DNA of 64,000 nucleotides from NCBI GenBank assembly GCA_028289135.1, contig JAQGGW010000002.1, forward strand, positions 36,255-100,254. Reading direction: 5' to 3'. The notes beneath the pieces were generated by a model. It was given only the letters and a program-made list of their open reading frames with translations. It ran no database searches and was not told the origin of the DNA. Origin of the DNA: Candidatus Saccharimonadota bacterium (GTDB taxonomy: Bacteria > Patescibacteriota > Saccharimonadia > Saccharimonadales > JACDBH01). Positions 9,501 through 18,295 of this stretch are shown one piece after another. Position numbers and translations under genes: made by a program. The first letter of the stretch is position 1. Every line of letters starts with the position of its first letter.

Positions 9501-9974
9501 ATGGACAAGTCAAGAAATTTGCAAAATATAACTATCGATCTAAGTAAGATCACAACCTACGAGTCTGGCGTCGTACAATCTACGGCTTACCGGGTTTTAA
9601 GCAAGCACGTGACAGAGATACTAAAAAAGCATGATGTGACCATGATGCAGTGGTTCGTTTTGGGTACGATATATAGCTCTGGAACAGGGGGGATCCGCCT
9701 GACTGACCTAGCCAAAAAAGTTGACACAGGCCTACCGTTTTTGACTAACCTGATTAACCTGCTTGAGCGTAAAAACATGGTCCACCGGGTGAGTAACCTC
9801 GAAGACAGCCGGTCAAAGTTTGTTGTCGTAACGCCGGACTTCTCCCGCAAATGTCGGACGATTGAGGCCGACCTTCGCGACGGAATGCGCAAAAGTTTGT
9901 ACAAAAACATTACACCCGAAGATCTAAAGACCTATATTAAGGTGCTGTACCAAATTGCCGCGATGAAATCCTAG
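9501..9974 (+). CDS. MarR family transcriptional regulator
   Basis: QWFVL...LTDLAKK...LTNLINLLERKNMVHR...EDSRSKFV winged HTH. Confidence 0.9.
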   Translation: MDKSRNLQNITIDLSKITTYESGVVQSTAYRVLSKHVTEILKKHDVTMMQWFVLGTIYSSGTGGIRLTDLAKKVDTGLPFLTNLINLLERKNMVHRVSNLEDSRSKFVVVTPDFSRKCRTIEADLRDGMRKSLYKNITPEDLKTYIKVLYQIAAMKS

Positions 9975-9982
9975 CCCTTATT

Positions 9983-10147
9983 ATGGAAAACGAAGAAAAA
10001 GTTTTACCGTGCGCCGACAAGCTAGCGCTTGATACCAAAAAACAAGCCGAAGCCGCCGCAACCGTGGCTGACTACCAGCGCAACGTTAAACTTGCGCCGT
10101 ACAAATGCCAGCACTGCGGGCTGTGGCATTTAAAGTCGGTTTATTAA
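9983..10147 (+). CDS. 54-aa putative zinc-binding protein
   Basis: Translated by hand: MENEEKVLPCADKLALDTKKQAEAAATVADYQRNVKLAPYKCQHCGLWHLKSVY (C...YxCxxCxxWH). Confidence 0.7.
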   Translation: MENEEKVLPCADKLALDTKKQAEAAATVADYQRNVKLAPYKCQHCGLWHLKSVY

Positions 10148-10208
10148 TTTTCAACAGGTGCTTAAGAGGGACTACTTGCTGGATGTACTACGCGACTTTT
10201 CGGATAAT

Positions 10209-10484
10209 TTAGCGCGGCAACGTAATTCCTGCTTGTTTTGCAGCGATTATGAGTTTTGAATTTAGAGTTAATATTTTATTTTCTAGTGAGAGTTTAGAAA
10301 ATTTGCTATCAGTAGTATTTTTCTCTAATTCAGAAATCATTTCATATATATCTTTAATATCATTTCTAAGCGCTTGAATTTCACTAAGAATAGATTTTAT
10401 ATTCTCGTCGTTTTGTCTCGTAAAAGCAGATTCAAAGATAGAGCGAATTTCTTGTAGGTCAGATGTGGTTAGGCTCATGATCAC
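10209..10484 (-). CDS. Hypothetical coiled-coil protein
   Basis: 91-aa ORF in AT-rich DNA; the start may be slightly downstream. Confidence 0.55.
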   Translation of the reverse strand: MIMSLTTSDLQEIRSIFESAFTRQNDENIKSILSEIQALRNDIKDIYEMISELEKNTTDSKFSKLSLENKILTLNSKLIIAAKQAGITLPR

Positions 10485-10588
10485 ATTTTATCACGATATT
10501 AAAAGCGCTTACATCTTAATAATCAGTCTTCCCGAATTTATTAAATTTAGCACAAGCATCACCACGAGAGACGTGCTAAAGTTTAGGC

Positions 10589-11857
10589 ATGGCTTTACCA
10601 AAAATTCCTCTTGCCCAGACATTAATAGACAAATTTACTCCAAACCAAGTGCATATTGGGCACGGCGTCCGTGACCGCGCGCTGAAATATATTGATGCTT
10701 ACTGGGACCAACTAGGCCGCCAGCATGCGGAAGACCATGGGACACTGGTCGGTCTGCCGTATCCGTACATCGTGCCTTCGTCCAATCCGGACGCTAGGTT
10801 TCATTTTGAAGAGCAGTATTATTGGGACAGCTATTTTACCGCACTTGGCCTTAATGACATCAAGCATCAAAGCCTAGTCGAGGGCATGCTCGAGAATTTG
10901 CTGTATTTGTTTAAGCGCTTTGGGGTGGTGCCAAACGCCAGCCGCATGTACTTTACAGGCCGGTCGCAGCCGCCGCTTTTGACTAGTTTTATTTTTCACG
11001 TTTTTGATACATACGGCAAAGACAAGCCGTGGCTTGAAGAGCGTATGACGGTCGCGATGCGCGAATACGAAGAAGTTTGGATGAGTGACGCCCACCCAAA
11101 ATGGCACAAAGTCTATAGCGGCCTGAGCCGTTATTATGACGTAAATGTTTTGCATGACCTGGCCGAAGCCGAAAGCGGCTGGGACATGACGCCGCGTTTT
11201 GAGCGCAAATGCCTCGATTTTTTGCCGGTGGATCTTAACGCGCTATTGTACAAATATGAAACCGACTTCGCCCGGGCAGCGGCAATTTTGGGAAGAGAAA
11301 ACGAAGTAAAACTATGGGAAAAACAAGCAGCTCACCGCAAGACCGCCATGGATAAGCTGATGTGGGCCAAAATACGCGGCTTTTATTTTGACTATAATTT
11401 TGAGCGGAAGGTCTTAGGCGACATTTGGTCGCTGGCTGGCTTTTACACGATGTGGGCGGGGATGGCGAGTGAAGAGCAGGCCAGGCGGCTGGTGGACAAC
11501 CTGGCCAGGTTCGAAAAATCCGGCGGGCTAACAACGACCAGCCGGCCGTTTATTGATACTAACGCGCTGTTTGGCTCGCTAAAAGCGCAATGGGCGTATC
11601 CAAACGGCTGGGCGCCGCTGCATTATATTGTGGTTGAAGGCCTGCGGCGATATGGCTACCACGACGAGGCCAAGCGGATTGCCGCGAAATGGGTTAAGAA
11701 TAACTTAATGTGGTTTGATTCGCACGGCGTTTTTTTGGAAAAATATAACGTTGTTAACACGCGTAAAAAACCGGTGGAGGGGCTTTATCCTTCGCAGACA
11801 GGGTTTGGGTGGACGAACGCGGTACTAGTCCGCTTTATAACAGACTTCAATCTCTAG
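10589..11857 (+). CDS. Trehalase (GH37)
   Basis: EQYYWDSYF, GRSQPP, AESGWD, PVDLN, PNGWAP, EKYNV and GFGWTN motifs. No signal peptide. Confidence 0.92.
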   Translation: MALPKIPLAQTLIDKFTPNQVHIGHGVRDRALKYIDAYWDQLGRQHAEDHGTLVGLPYPYIVPSSNPDARFHFEEQYYWDSYFTALGLNDIKHQSLVEGMLENLLYLFKRFGVVPNASRMYFTGRSQPPLLTSFIFHVFDTYGKDKPWLEERMTVAMREYEEVWMSDAHPKWHKVYSGLSRYYDVNVLHDLAEAESGWDMTPRFERKCLDFLPVDLNALLYKYETDFARAAAILGRENEVKLWEKQAAHRKTAMDKLMWAKIRGFYFDYNFERKVLGDIWSLAGFYTMWAGMASEEQARRLVDNLARFEKSGGLTTTSRPFIDTNALFGSLKAQWAYPNGWAPLHYIVVEGLRRYGYHDEAKRIAAKWVKNNLMWFDSHGVFLEKYNVVNTRKKPVEGLYPSQTGFGWTNAVLVRFITDFNL

Positions 11858-11905
11858 TAAACCTATTAACACCAACAAAATGTGACAATTATTTTATAGC
11901 TAAAA

Positions 11906-12262
11906 TTATAACTGACCTTTTAACGACTTTATAAAAAATAAGCTGAAGATTATAAAAATAAATAAACCCACTACTAATCCAATACTTAACCCAGATATCG
12001 CGATGACCTTACCGGTAGTAGATAAACTTTTTTTACGGCTCGTTATCATTTTAGCCAATAATGAGATTATGAAAACTATAAAATCAACGAGAAGAACTGA
12101 ATTTCCTGTAATTTTGTACAATATAGTATTAAAACCCGTAGCTCCAGTCAGTGGCTCAGAAATAGCTGTATGTACGTAAAAATGAAACAGTAGATATATT
12201 GTACTAATAGCTATTAAACTATTAACTATTACGCGAGTTGCTTTCAGATTATTATTCTGCAT
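11906..12262 (-). CDS. Hypothetical membrane protein
   Basis: Three hydrophobic segments; AT-rich. Confidence 0.55.
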   Translation of the reverse strand: MQNNNLKATRVIVNSLIAISTIYLLFHFYVHTAISEPLTGATGFNTILYKITGNSVLLVDFIVFIISLLAKMITSRKKSLSTTGKVIAISGLSIGLVVGLFIFIIFSLFFIKSLKGQL

Positions 12263-12418
12263 TTAGGTTAATATTAGCATAAGTAAAATGTAGAAATGCA
12301 GCTATAGAATTCAGATACGTTTAATTATGTCATACCTGAACTATTTAAAGTCTAAGCCAGTTTTACACATTTGAATAAATAGTTAGGAATAACAGATACA
12401 AAATGCTATTATTTTTAT

Positions 12419-12466
12419 ATGACAAAAGCACGACTTACATTTGTAATGATGTATATGCCCCGCTAG
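12419..12466 (+). promoter_or_regulatory. Met-rich leader peptide of metG (MTKARLTFVMMYMPR*)
   Basis: ATG lies 6 nt after TGCTATTAT. Three Met codons in four positions, then a GCCC/GGGC hairpin and a T-rich tract. Confidence 0.7.
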
Positions 12467-12529
12467 GGCTGCTTTTTATTTCTCTATTTTCTTTATATCA
12501 ACCTCCTAAACAAGTAAACTAGGACTATC

Positions 12530-13993
12530 ATGACCAATTTTTATCTGACCACATCCATTCCATACATTAACGGCGAACCGCACATTGGCTTTGGCCTTGA
12601 GGTAACTCTCGCCGATGTTATAGCCCGCTATGCCCGCCAGCAAGGCAACAATGTAATTTTTACGACCGGAACCGACGAACACGGCGGCAAGATCGAAGAA
12701 AAAGCTAAAGAACTCAAAATTACTCCGCAAGCTTTGGCTGACCAAAATTCCGCCAAATTCCGCGAACTAGCAACCGTGCTAGACATTACCAACGACCGTT
12801 TTATCCGTACCACAGACAAGGGCCACGAACAGCGCGCACAGATTATCTGGAAAAATTTAAGCAAAGATATCTATAAAGCCAAATACACCGGCTGGTATTG
12901 CGTGGGCGACGAAGCTTTCTTTACCGAAACTGTGGTCAAAGAAAACAACGGAATTTGCCCGGCTCACAACCGCCCATATGACAAAATCGAAGAAGAAAAC
13001 TACTTTTTTAGGCTCTCTGCCTATAACGACCAAATCCTAAAGGCTCTTACGGACGGCAGCTTTAGGGTTGTGCCAGAAACTAAGAAAAACGAAGTTTTGG
13101 GGCTGCTAAAAGAGGGCCTTGAGGACATTAGCATATCGCGTCCAAAAGAAAAGATCAGCTGGGGGATCCCGGTGCCCGGGGACAAAACCCAGGTAATGTA
13201 TGTCTGGTTTGAAGCGCTTTTAAACTATATTACTGTGCTTGGCTACCCGGAACACGAAGATTTTAAGAAGTTTTGGCCGGCCAATGTGCAGGTTGTTGGC
13301 AAAGACATTACCCGTTTTCACGCAGCCATTTGGCCCGGCATTTTGCTTGGTCTTGGCATTGCGCTGCCAAAAGCCCTGTATGTGCACGGTTTTGTTAACG
13401 TATCGGGCCAGAAAATCAGCAAGAGCCTAGGCAATGTTATTAATCCCGCAGAAATTGTAAAAACCTACGGAGTTGACGCTTTCCGCTACTTTTTCCTGAG
13501 GCACATTCCAAGCTATGGCGATGGCGACTTTAGCTACGAAGAATTTGAGCGCGCCTACAACAACGAGCTTGGCAACGAGCTTGGCAACGCCGTTCAGCGA
13601 ACAGTGGTAATGATCGAAAAGTTCCAAGATGGTGTGGTGGGCAACATTCCGCCGGCCGAACACGACAACGCGGTATACCATCAAGCCATTGCCGACTTTA
13701 AGTTCGACCGGGCTTTGGACAGCGTCTGGGAGCAAGTCCGCGGGCTGAACCAGTTTATTGACGAGCAAAAACCGTGGACCATTGCCAAAGAAGGCGACAC
13801 GGAACATCTGCGCGAAGTTCTGGCCAGCATGGTCAGCGATTTGTTGGAAATTGCCGAATCTTTGGTGCCTTTTTTGCCAAACACTGCCGCGTCTATTAAG
13901 TCTATCTTTGCGGAAGGTTTGCTGCACGCGCAAAAAACTGTCCTGTTCCCCAAGATCGAAAACTACAAAACCGACAAGGTCGAAAAGGGCTAG
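12530..13993 (+). CDS. metG: Methionyl-tRNA synthetase (short, no C-terminal tRNA-binding appendix)
   Basis: PYINGEPHIGF, GTDEHG, YVWFEAL, GKDITRFH and KISKSLGN motifs. Confidence 0.97.
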   Translation: MTNFYLTTSIPYINGEPHIGFGLEVTLADVIARYARQQGNNVIFTTGTDEHGGKIEEKAKELKITPQALADQNSAKFRELATVLDITNDRFIRTTDKGHEQRAQIIWKNLSKDIYKAKYTGWYCVGDEAFFTETVVKENNGICPAHNRPYDKIEEENYFFRLSAYNDQILKALTDGSFRVVPETKKNEVLGLLKEGLEDISISRPKEKISWGIPVPGDKTQVMYVWFEALLNYITVLGYPEHEDFKKFWPANVQVVGKDITRFHAAIWPGILLGLGIALPKALYVHGFVNVSGQKISKSLGNVINPAEIVKTYGVDAFRYFFLRHIPSYGDGDFSYEEFERAYNNELGNELGNAVQRTVVMIEKFQDGVVGNIPPAEHDNAVYHQAIADFKFDRALDSVWEQVRGLNQFIDEQKPWTIAKEGDTEHLREVLASMVSDLLEIAESLVPFLPNTAASIKSIFAEGLLHAQKTVLFPKIENYKTDKVEKG

Positions 13994-13998
13994 CCGCG

Positions 13999-14769
13999 GT
14001 GATTGAGCTGATTGATACGCATTGCCACCTGCAGTTTGCGGACTACCCGCTTGACCCAGAGCAGACGCTGGTTGACGCCCAAAAAGATGGTGTTGTGGCT
14101 GTGATTGCCGTGGGCTGCACGCTAGAAGACAGCAAAGAAGCCGTTAAATTTGCGGCTAAATACGACAATGTGTGGGCGGCAATTGGTCTGCATCCGCACG
14201 AAGCCAAGGTCTATGTACACAATCATAAGGCCCTGCAGGAGTTCCATGAGCTTGCTAAAGCGCCCAAAGTGGTGGCAATTGGCGAAACTGGCCTGGATTT
14301 TTACTATAATCACTCAGATAGGGACCAGCAGGAACAGATGCTGCGTTTCCAGCTTGACATGGCCGTGGAGCACAATTTGCCTGTTATTTTCCATGTCCGC
14401 GAGGCATTTGATGAGTTTTGGCCGATTTTTGACCAATATAGCGGGCTTACAGGGGTCATCCACAGTTTTAGCAGTAATATTGCAGATTTGGAGCAAATAT
14501 TGTCTAGAGAGCTCTATGTGGGCCTAAATGGCATAATGACCTTTACAAAACGCTCTGAACAGCTGGAGGCGGCAAAATGCGTGCCTCTGGACAAATTACT
14601 CCTTGAAACAGATGCGCCGTTCTTGACTCCAGCCCCGTTCCGTGGTAAAATGGGTGAGTCGAAGTATGTTCGAGTAACAGGAGAGTTCTTGAGCAAACTT
14701 CGAGGCGAAACTTTAGAGACGCTGGCAAATGCAACTACCGCCAACGCACGAAAATTATTCAAACTATAG
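13999..14769 (+). CDS. tatD: TatD family hydrolase
   Basis: DTHCH, GLHPH, IGETGLD, HVRE, HSF and ETDAPFL motifs. Confidence 0.95.
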   Translation: MIELIDTHCHLQFADYPLDPEQTLVDAQKDGVVAVIAVGCTLEDSKEAVKFAAKYDNVWAAIGLHPHEAKVYVHNHKALQEFHELAKAPKVVAIGETGLDFYYNHSDRDQQEQMLRFQLDMAVEHNLPVIFHVREAFDEFWPIFDQYSGLTGVIHSFSSNIADLEQILSRELYVGLNGIMTFTKRSEQLEAAKCVPLDKLLLETDAPFLTPAPFRGKMGESKYVRVTGEFLSKLRGETLETLANATTANARKLFKL

Positions 14770-14775
14770 AACATC

Positions 14776-15345
14776 ATGTATATACCATTCCTAGGCGACA
14801 TATCACCCGAAGCATCATACGAAGGCTTAAGTACTCCGCAATCTATGATTATCAAGCACCTTATTGACGTGCACGCTGCAATTAATACAATAGAACAGCA
14901 CAATGCACCTGCCGAGCCGGTATATATGGGCCATAACTACGAAAACCAATACGCCGCTCTGACAACACCTCAGCAGCCATACCAGAGTGATTTTTCTAAA
15001 GACATGACTATCCACATGAGAAGCACTGCAGTACAGCCGGAAACACTTGAGCACCCAGAACTTATTAGTTCTGCGCCAGTTTTACGCATTGTAGGTGACG
15101 TCGCAAATGCCGGCACAATTATGAACAAAGAAGCCCGCCCGCTTGACGCTGAACAGACTGACCGGATGCCCGATTATACTGCGATTTCTAACACCGCATT
15201 TACCGATAATGTTTCTGTAAATCCAGTTGTTGTTGATCTGAGCGCTTACCGTTCCGGACTTAATGTTCCTCTTATCACCCAAGCCGCAATTGAATTAGCT
15301 ATTCCAGGAGACAAAGCTCGTGCCGATCTTGCCCAAGCTGCTTAG
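14776..15345 (+). CDS. Hypothetical protein
   Basis: 189-aa ORF filling the gap; no motif recognised. Confidence 0.55.
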   Translation: MYIPFLGDISPEASYEGLSTPQSMIIKHLIDVHAAINTIEQHNAPAEPVYMGHNYENQYAALTTPQQPYQSDFSKDMTIHMRSTAVQPETLEHPELISSAPVLRIVGDVANAGTIMNKEARPLDAEQTDRMPDYTAISNTAFTDNVSVNPVVVDLSAYRSGLNVPLITQAAIELAIPGDKARADLAQAA

Positions 15346-15694
15346 TACTAAAGCCCAGCGCCAAGATGACCGCGAAGCTGAGCTATACCGTTCTTTGCTG
15401 CGCCGCGAAGCCAAAATTGGCGGTGAGATTTTTGGGGCTGTCCCAGAAGGCGGCAAACGCGAATTTTTCTGCCTGGATGAACACACTTGGATTTGGCATG
15501 AAGAATGGCTGGACGCAAACCGTCAGCGCCAGATAAAAACTACCCGCTACGACATCCGCCCAACCGGGATTCTAAAAGCCCAGGACGGCCAGACTTATCA
15601 GCACGTTAGCATCGAAGAGGCCGAGCGCTTGCTCCAGGCTGCCAAATTATACGAAAAAAGAATCAAGACCGAGCTTTACGCCGCCTATATCTAA
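15320..15694 (+). CDS. Hypothetical protein
   Basis: 124-aa ORF (REFFCLDEHTWIWHEEW) in the same operon as the desulfurase. Confidence 0.7.
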   Translation: MPILPKLLSTKAQRQDDREAELYRSLLRREAKIGGEIFGAVPEGGKREFFCLDEHTWIWHEEWLDANRQRQIKTTRYDIRPTGILKAQDGQTYQHVSIEEAERLLQAAKLYEKRIKTELYAAYI

Positions 15695-15711
15695 GGCGGA
15701 CAGGGTAAATT

Positions 15712-16848
15712 ATGAATTATTTTGACTACGCGGCCGCGACGCCGATGAGCCCGACCGTACTGGCAGCAATGCAGCCGTATTTTACGGATGCTTTTTATAA
15801 TCCTTCGGCGCAGTACCTTGCCGCGCAGGACGTACGGAAGGCAATTGAAAAGGCGCGAAGTGATGTTGCCGTGATTTTGGGCGCACGGACACCAGAAATT
15901 ATTTTTACAGCCGGTGGCACCGAGGCTAACAACCTGGCCATTCATGGGGTTATGGCGCGCTATCCTGAGGCAAACTGCGTCGTGAGCGCTGTGGAGCATG
16001 ACGCGGTTTTGGAGCCAGCCGGGCAATATGACTGCCGGTTTTGCCCAGTTAAGCCAGATGGCCGGATTGATCTGGATGCTTTAAAAAATTTGATAGATGA
16101 CAAAACAGTGCTCGTGAGCGTGATGTATGCCAACAACGAGATCGGTACAGTGCAGCCGCTGGCCCAGGTTGCCAAAATTTTGCGTGAAATGCAGGCAAAT
16201 CGGACCAAAAACGGCAACACTTTGCCGCTATATTTCCACACCGATGCCTGCCAGGCGCCCAACTATTTGCAGATCCTCCCAAACACTCTGGGCGTTGATA
16301 TGATGACTCTAAACGGTGGCAAGATTTACGGGCCAAAACAGTCGGGAGTACTGTTTGTTAAGTCCGGGATTGAGCTGGAGCCTTTGGTGCGAGGCGGCGG
16401 CCAAGAGCGTAATTTGCGCAGCGGCACCGAAAATGTGGCCGGTATCGTTGGCTTTGCCGCGGCACTAAAAGAGGCGCACGCTATTCGGGAAACCGAATCC
16501 GCCCGCCTTTCTGAGCTGCTACACACGGCTGTTAATTTTATTACCAAAGAAATGCCCAGCGCTGTTTTAAACGGGGCATTTGGCTACCGTTTGCCCAACA
16601 ACCTGCACATTACTTTTCCGGGCGCCGACAACGAACGCTTGATGATGTGCTTGGACGAACAAGGCTTTCAGGTGGCAGTTGGATCCGCCTGCAGCGCCAG
16701 CAGCGACGAACCATCGCACGTCTTAAAAGCCATCGGCATGAGCGACGCGGATGCACAATCCTCGCTCCGCATAACAATGGGCCGCCAAACCACCCGCGAA
16801 GAAATATTAGAACTCCTCAAAGCCTGCAAAGACCTCATCTCAAAATAG
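15712..16848 (+). CDS. iscS: Cysteine desulfurase (IscS/NifS group I)
   Basis: YFDYAAATP, GGTEANN, NNEIG, HTDACQ, GKIYGPK (PLP Lys), RSGTEN and GSAC catalytic Cys. Confidence 0.92.
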   Translation: MNYFDYAAATPMSPTVLAAMQPYFTDAFYNPSAQYLAAQDVRKAIEKARSDVAVILGARTPEIIFTAGGTEANNLAIHGVMARYPEANCVVSAVEHDAVLEPAGQYDCRFCPVKPDGRIDLDALKNLIDDKTVLVSVMYANNEIGTVQPLAQVAKILREMQANRTKNGNTLPLYFHTDACQAPNYLQILPNTLGVDMMTLNGGKIYGPKQSGVLFVKSGIELEPLVRGGGQERNLRSGTENVAGIVGFAAALKEAHAIRETESARLSELLHTAVNFITKEMPSAVLNGAFGYRLPNNLHITFPGADNERLMMCLDEQGFQVAVGSACSASSDEPSHVLKAIGMSDADAQSSLRITMGRQTTREEILELLKACKDLISK

Positions 16849-16876
16849 CCATTTGCTCTCAGCGTCAACTAGTTAA

Positions 16877-17026
16877 GGACTATTGAGCAAATACCCATGA
16901 AGGTACCGTTCACGCGCGGTGAAGTTGCTGCCGAGCCTATATACAGTAATAGCCTGGTCTCGGCAGACAACTTCCCGGCTCCTCTCAGGGTCCTTTAGTA
17001 CCTTCCTAGGTATTTGCTCAAAGTCC
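16877..17026. other. 150-nt long hairpin with large central internal loop (candidate structured RNA)
   Basis: Outer stem GGACT.TTGAGCAAATACC..GAAGGTAC / GTACCTTC..GGTATTTGCTCAA.AGTCC; inner stem GAAGTTG-CTGCCGAG / CTCGGCAG-ACAACTTC. Confidence 0.6.
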
Positions 17027-17096
17027 CACGGGAGCTATTTTTGCCGGTCTAAGGCTTATTGACACAAAAGTTCTAAATAAGTGACAACCGTCCGCA

Positions 17097-17287
17097 AGCT
17101 AAATCCCCTTCCGGCCTGGCTTGCTCATACACTCTTGCGGCTAAGGCTCGCCAAAGCTACAACAAAATCCAGCCGAGGACTGTTTGACGGAGCGTATAGC
17201 TCCTAGTTCCGCAGGCTTGTTGTAGTCTTTGGCAAGAGGCTTACCGAAGTGGGTATGTGGCATGTCAGGCTGGAAGGGGATTTAGCT
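17097..17287 (-). repeat. Dispersed long-hairpin repeat family 1, copy 1
   Basis: Terminal IR AGCTAAATCCCCTTCC(G/A)GCCTG; the reverse complement aligns to 41859-42046. Confidence 0.85.
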
Positions 17288-17379
17288 AAGAAAGTAAAGC
17301 TTGAGTGGGAGCAAACTTTTATCTGTTGTGAGGTGGGGTGTTGCGCCAATAGACATAAGGGGTATAATTGTAAACAAGT

Positions 17380-18225
17380 ATGTTCGAAACAAAAATAAAA
17401 AGTTTGATATCACTAAAAAAACTGGCCGCCTTGATGGCTCTGGGCCTGCTTATTACCATAAAGCTAACAGGGGTCCTGAGCGCCCAAAGCGTAACGCGCG
17501 CTTATGGCAGCGACCAGGTTTTGCAGCGCGGCATGATTGTAGGAGTCAATAAAAAAGATTCGTCCAAAGTTGAAGCAATTGATGTAAACCGCCTGTCAAC
17601 GATTTTGGGCGTGGTTGTTAACCCTAATGATTCGCCGATTACTATTTCTAACGACACAAACCACATTTTTGTTACAACCAGCGGCCTGTATGATGTGCTT
17701 GTCAGTGACCAAAACGGCCAAATTTCTAACTCGGATTATATTACCCTTTCATCTGTTGCGGGCGTGGGTATGAAAGCTAGCGGCGAACAAAGCAGTGTGC
17801 TTGGGCGCGCCGCTGGAAGTTTTGACGGGTCGAGCAACGTGCTAAGTACGGCCAGCCTCAAGGACGCTAAAGGAATTGAAAAAAAGGTGCATATTGGGCG
17901 GGTGCGGGTTGATATTAGTATTGCTAAGAATCCGCTTGCCAAAAACACCGACGGCACACCGGCCATCTTAAGCCAAGCCGGTAAGGCAATTGCTGGCCGC
18001 TCAGTCAGCGCGGTCCGGCTTTATATGGGGGCGATTGTATTTATTGTCGGGACAATTATTGCCGGTTCGATCATGTACGCCGGCGTTAAAAGCAGCATTA
18101 TTTCCATCGGCCGCAACCCGCTTACCAGGCGTAGTATTTTGAAGAGCATGCTTGGGGTGGCGGTTACTAGTTTATTGGTATTACTTGTCAGCGTTATCGG
18201 CGTGTATTTACTGCTTAGACTATAG
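17380..18225 (+). CDS. Extracellular domain fused to an ATP synthase subunit c-like C-terminal hairpin
   Basis: N-terminal signal/TM, beta-rich domain, then TM-SIGRNP-TM resembling the c-subunit R(Q/N)P loop. No D/E in the hairpin. First gene of the ATPase cluster. Confidence 0.6.
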   Translation: MFETKIKSLISLKKLAALMALGLLITIKLTGVLSAQSVTRAYGSDQVLQRGMIVGVNKKDSSKVEAIDVNRLSTILGVVVNPNDSPITISNDTNHIFVTTSGLYDVLVSDQNGQISNSDYITLSSVAGVGMKASGEQSSVLGRAAGSFDGSSNVLSTASLKDAKGIEKKVHIGRVRVDISIAKNPLAKNTDGTPAILSQAGKAIAGRSVSAVRLYMGAIVFIVGTIIAGSIMYAGVKSSIISIGRNPLTRRSILKSMLGVAVTSLLVLLVSVIGVYLLLRL

Positions 18226-18295
18226 AGTAGTTTCTTCTTGTGCTTATCCGCTAACGTCTATATTATATAAGGTAATAAGGTGGGAAAAATATAGT

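Noticed and set aside
12300..12530. T-box or SAM riboswitch upstream of metG (likewise alaS)
   Set aside because: No GGTGGNACC T-box or S-box core, and the leaders are too short. The uORFs explain the regions better.
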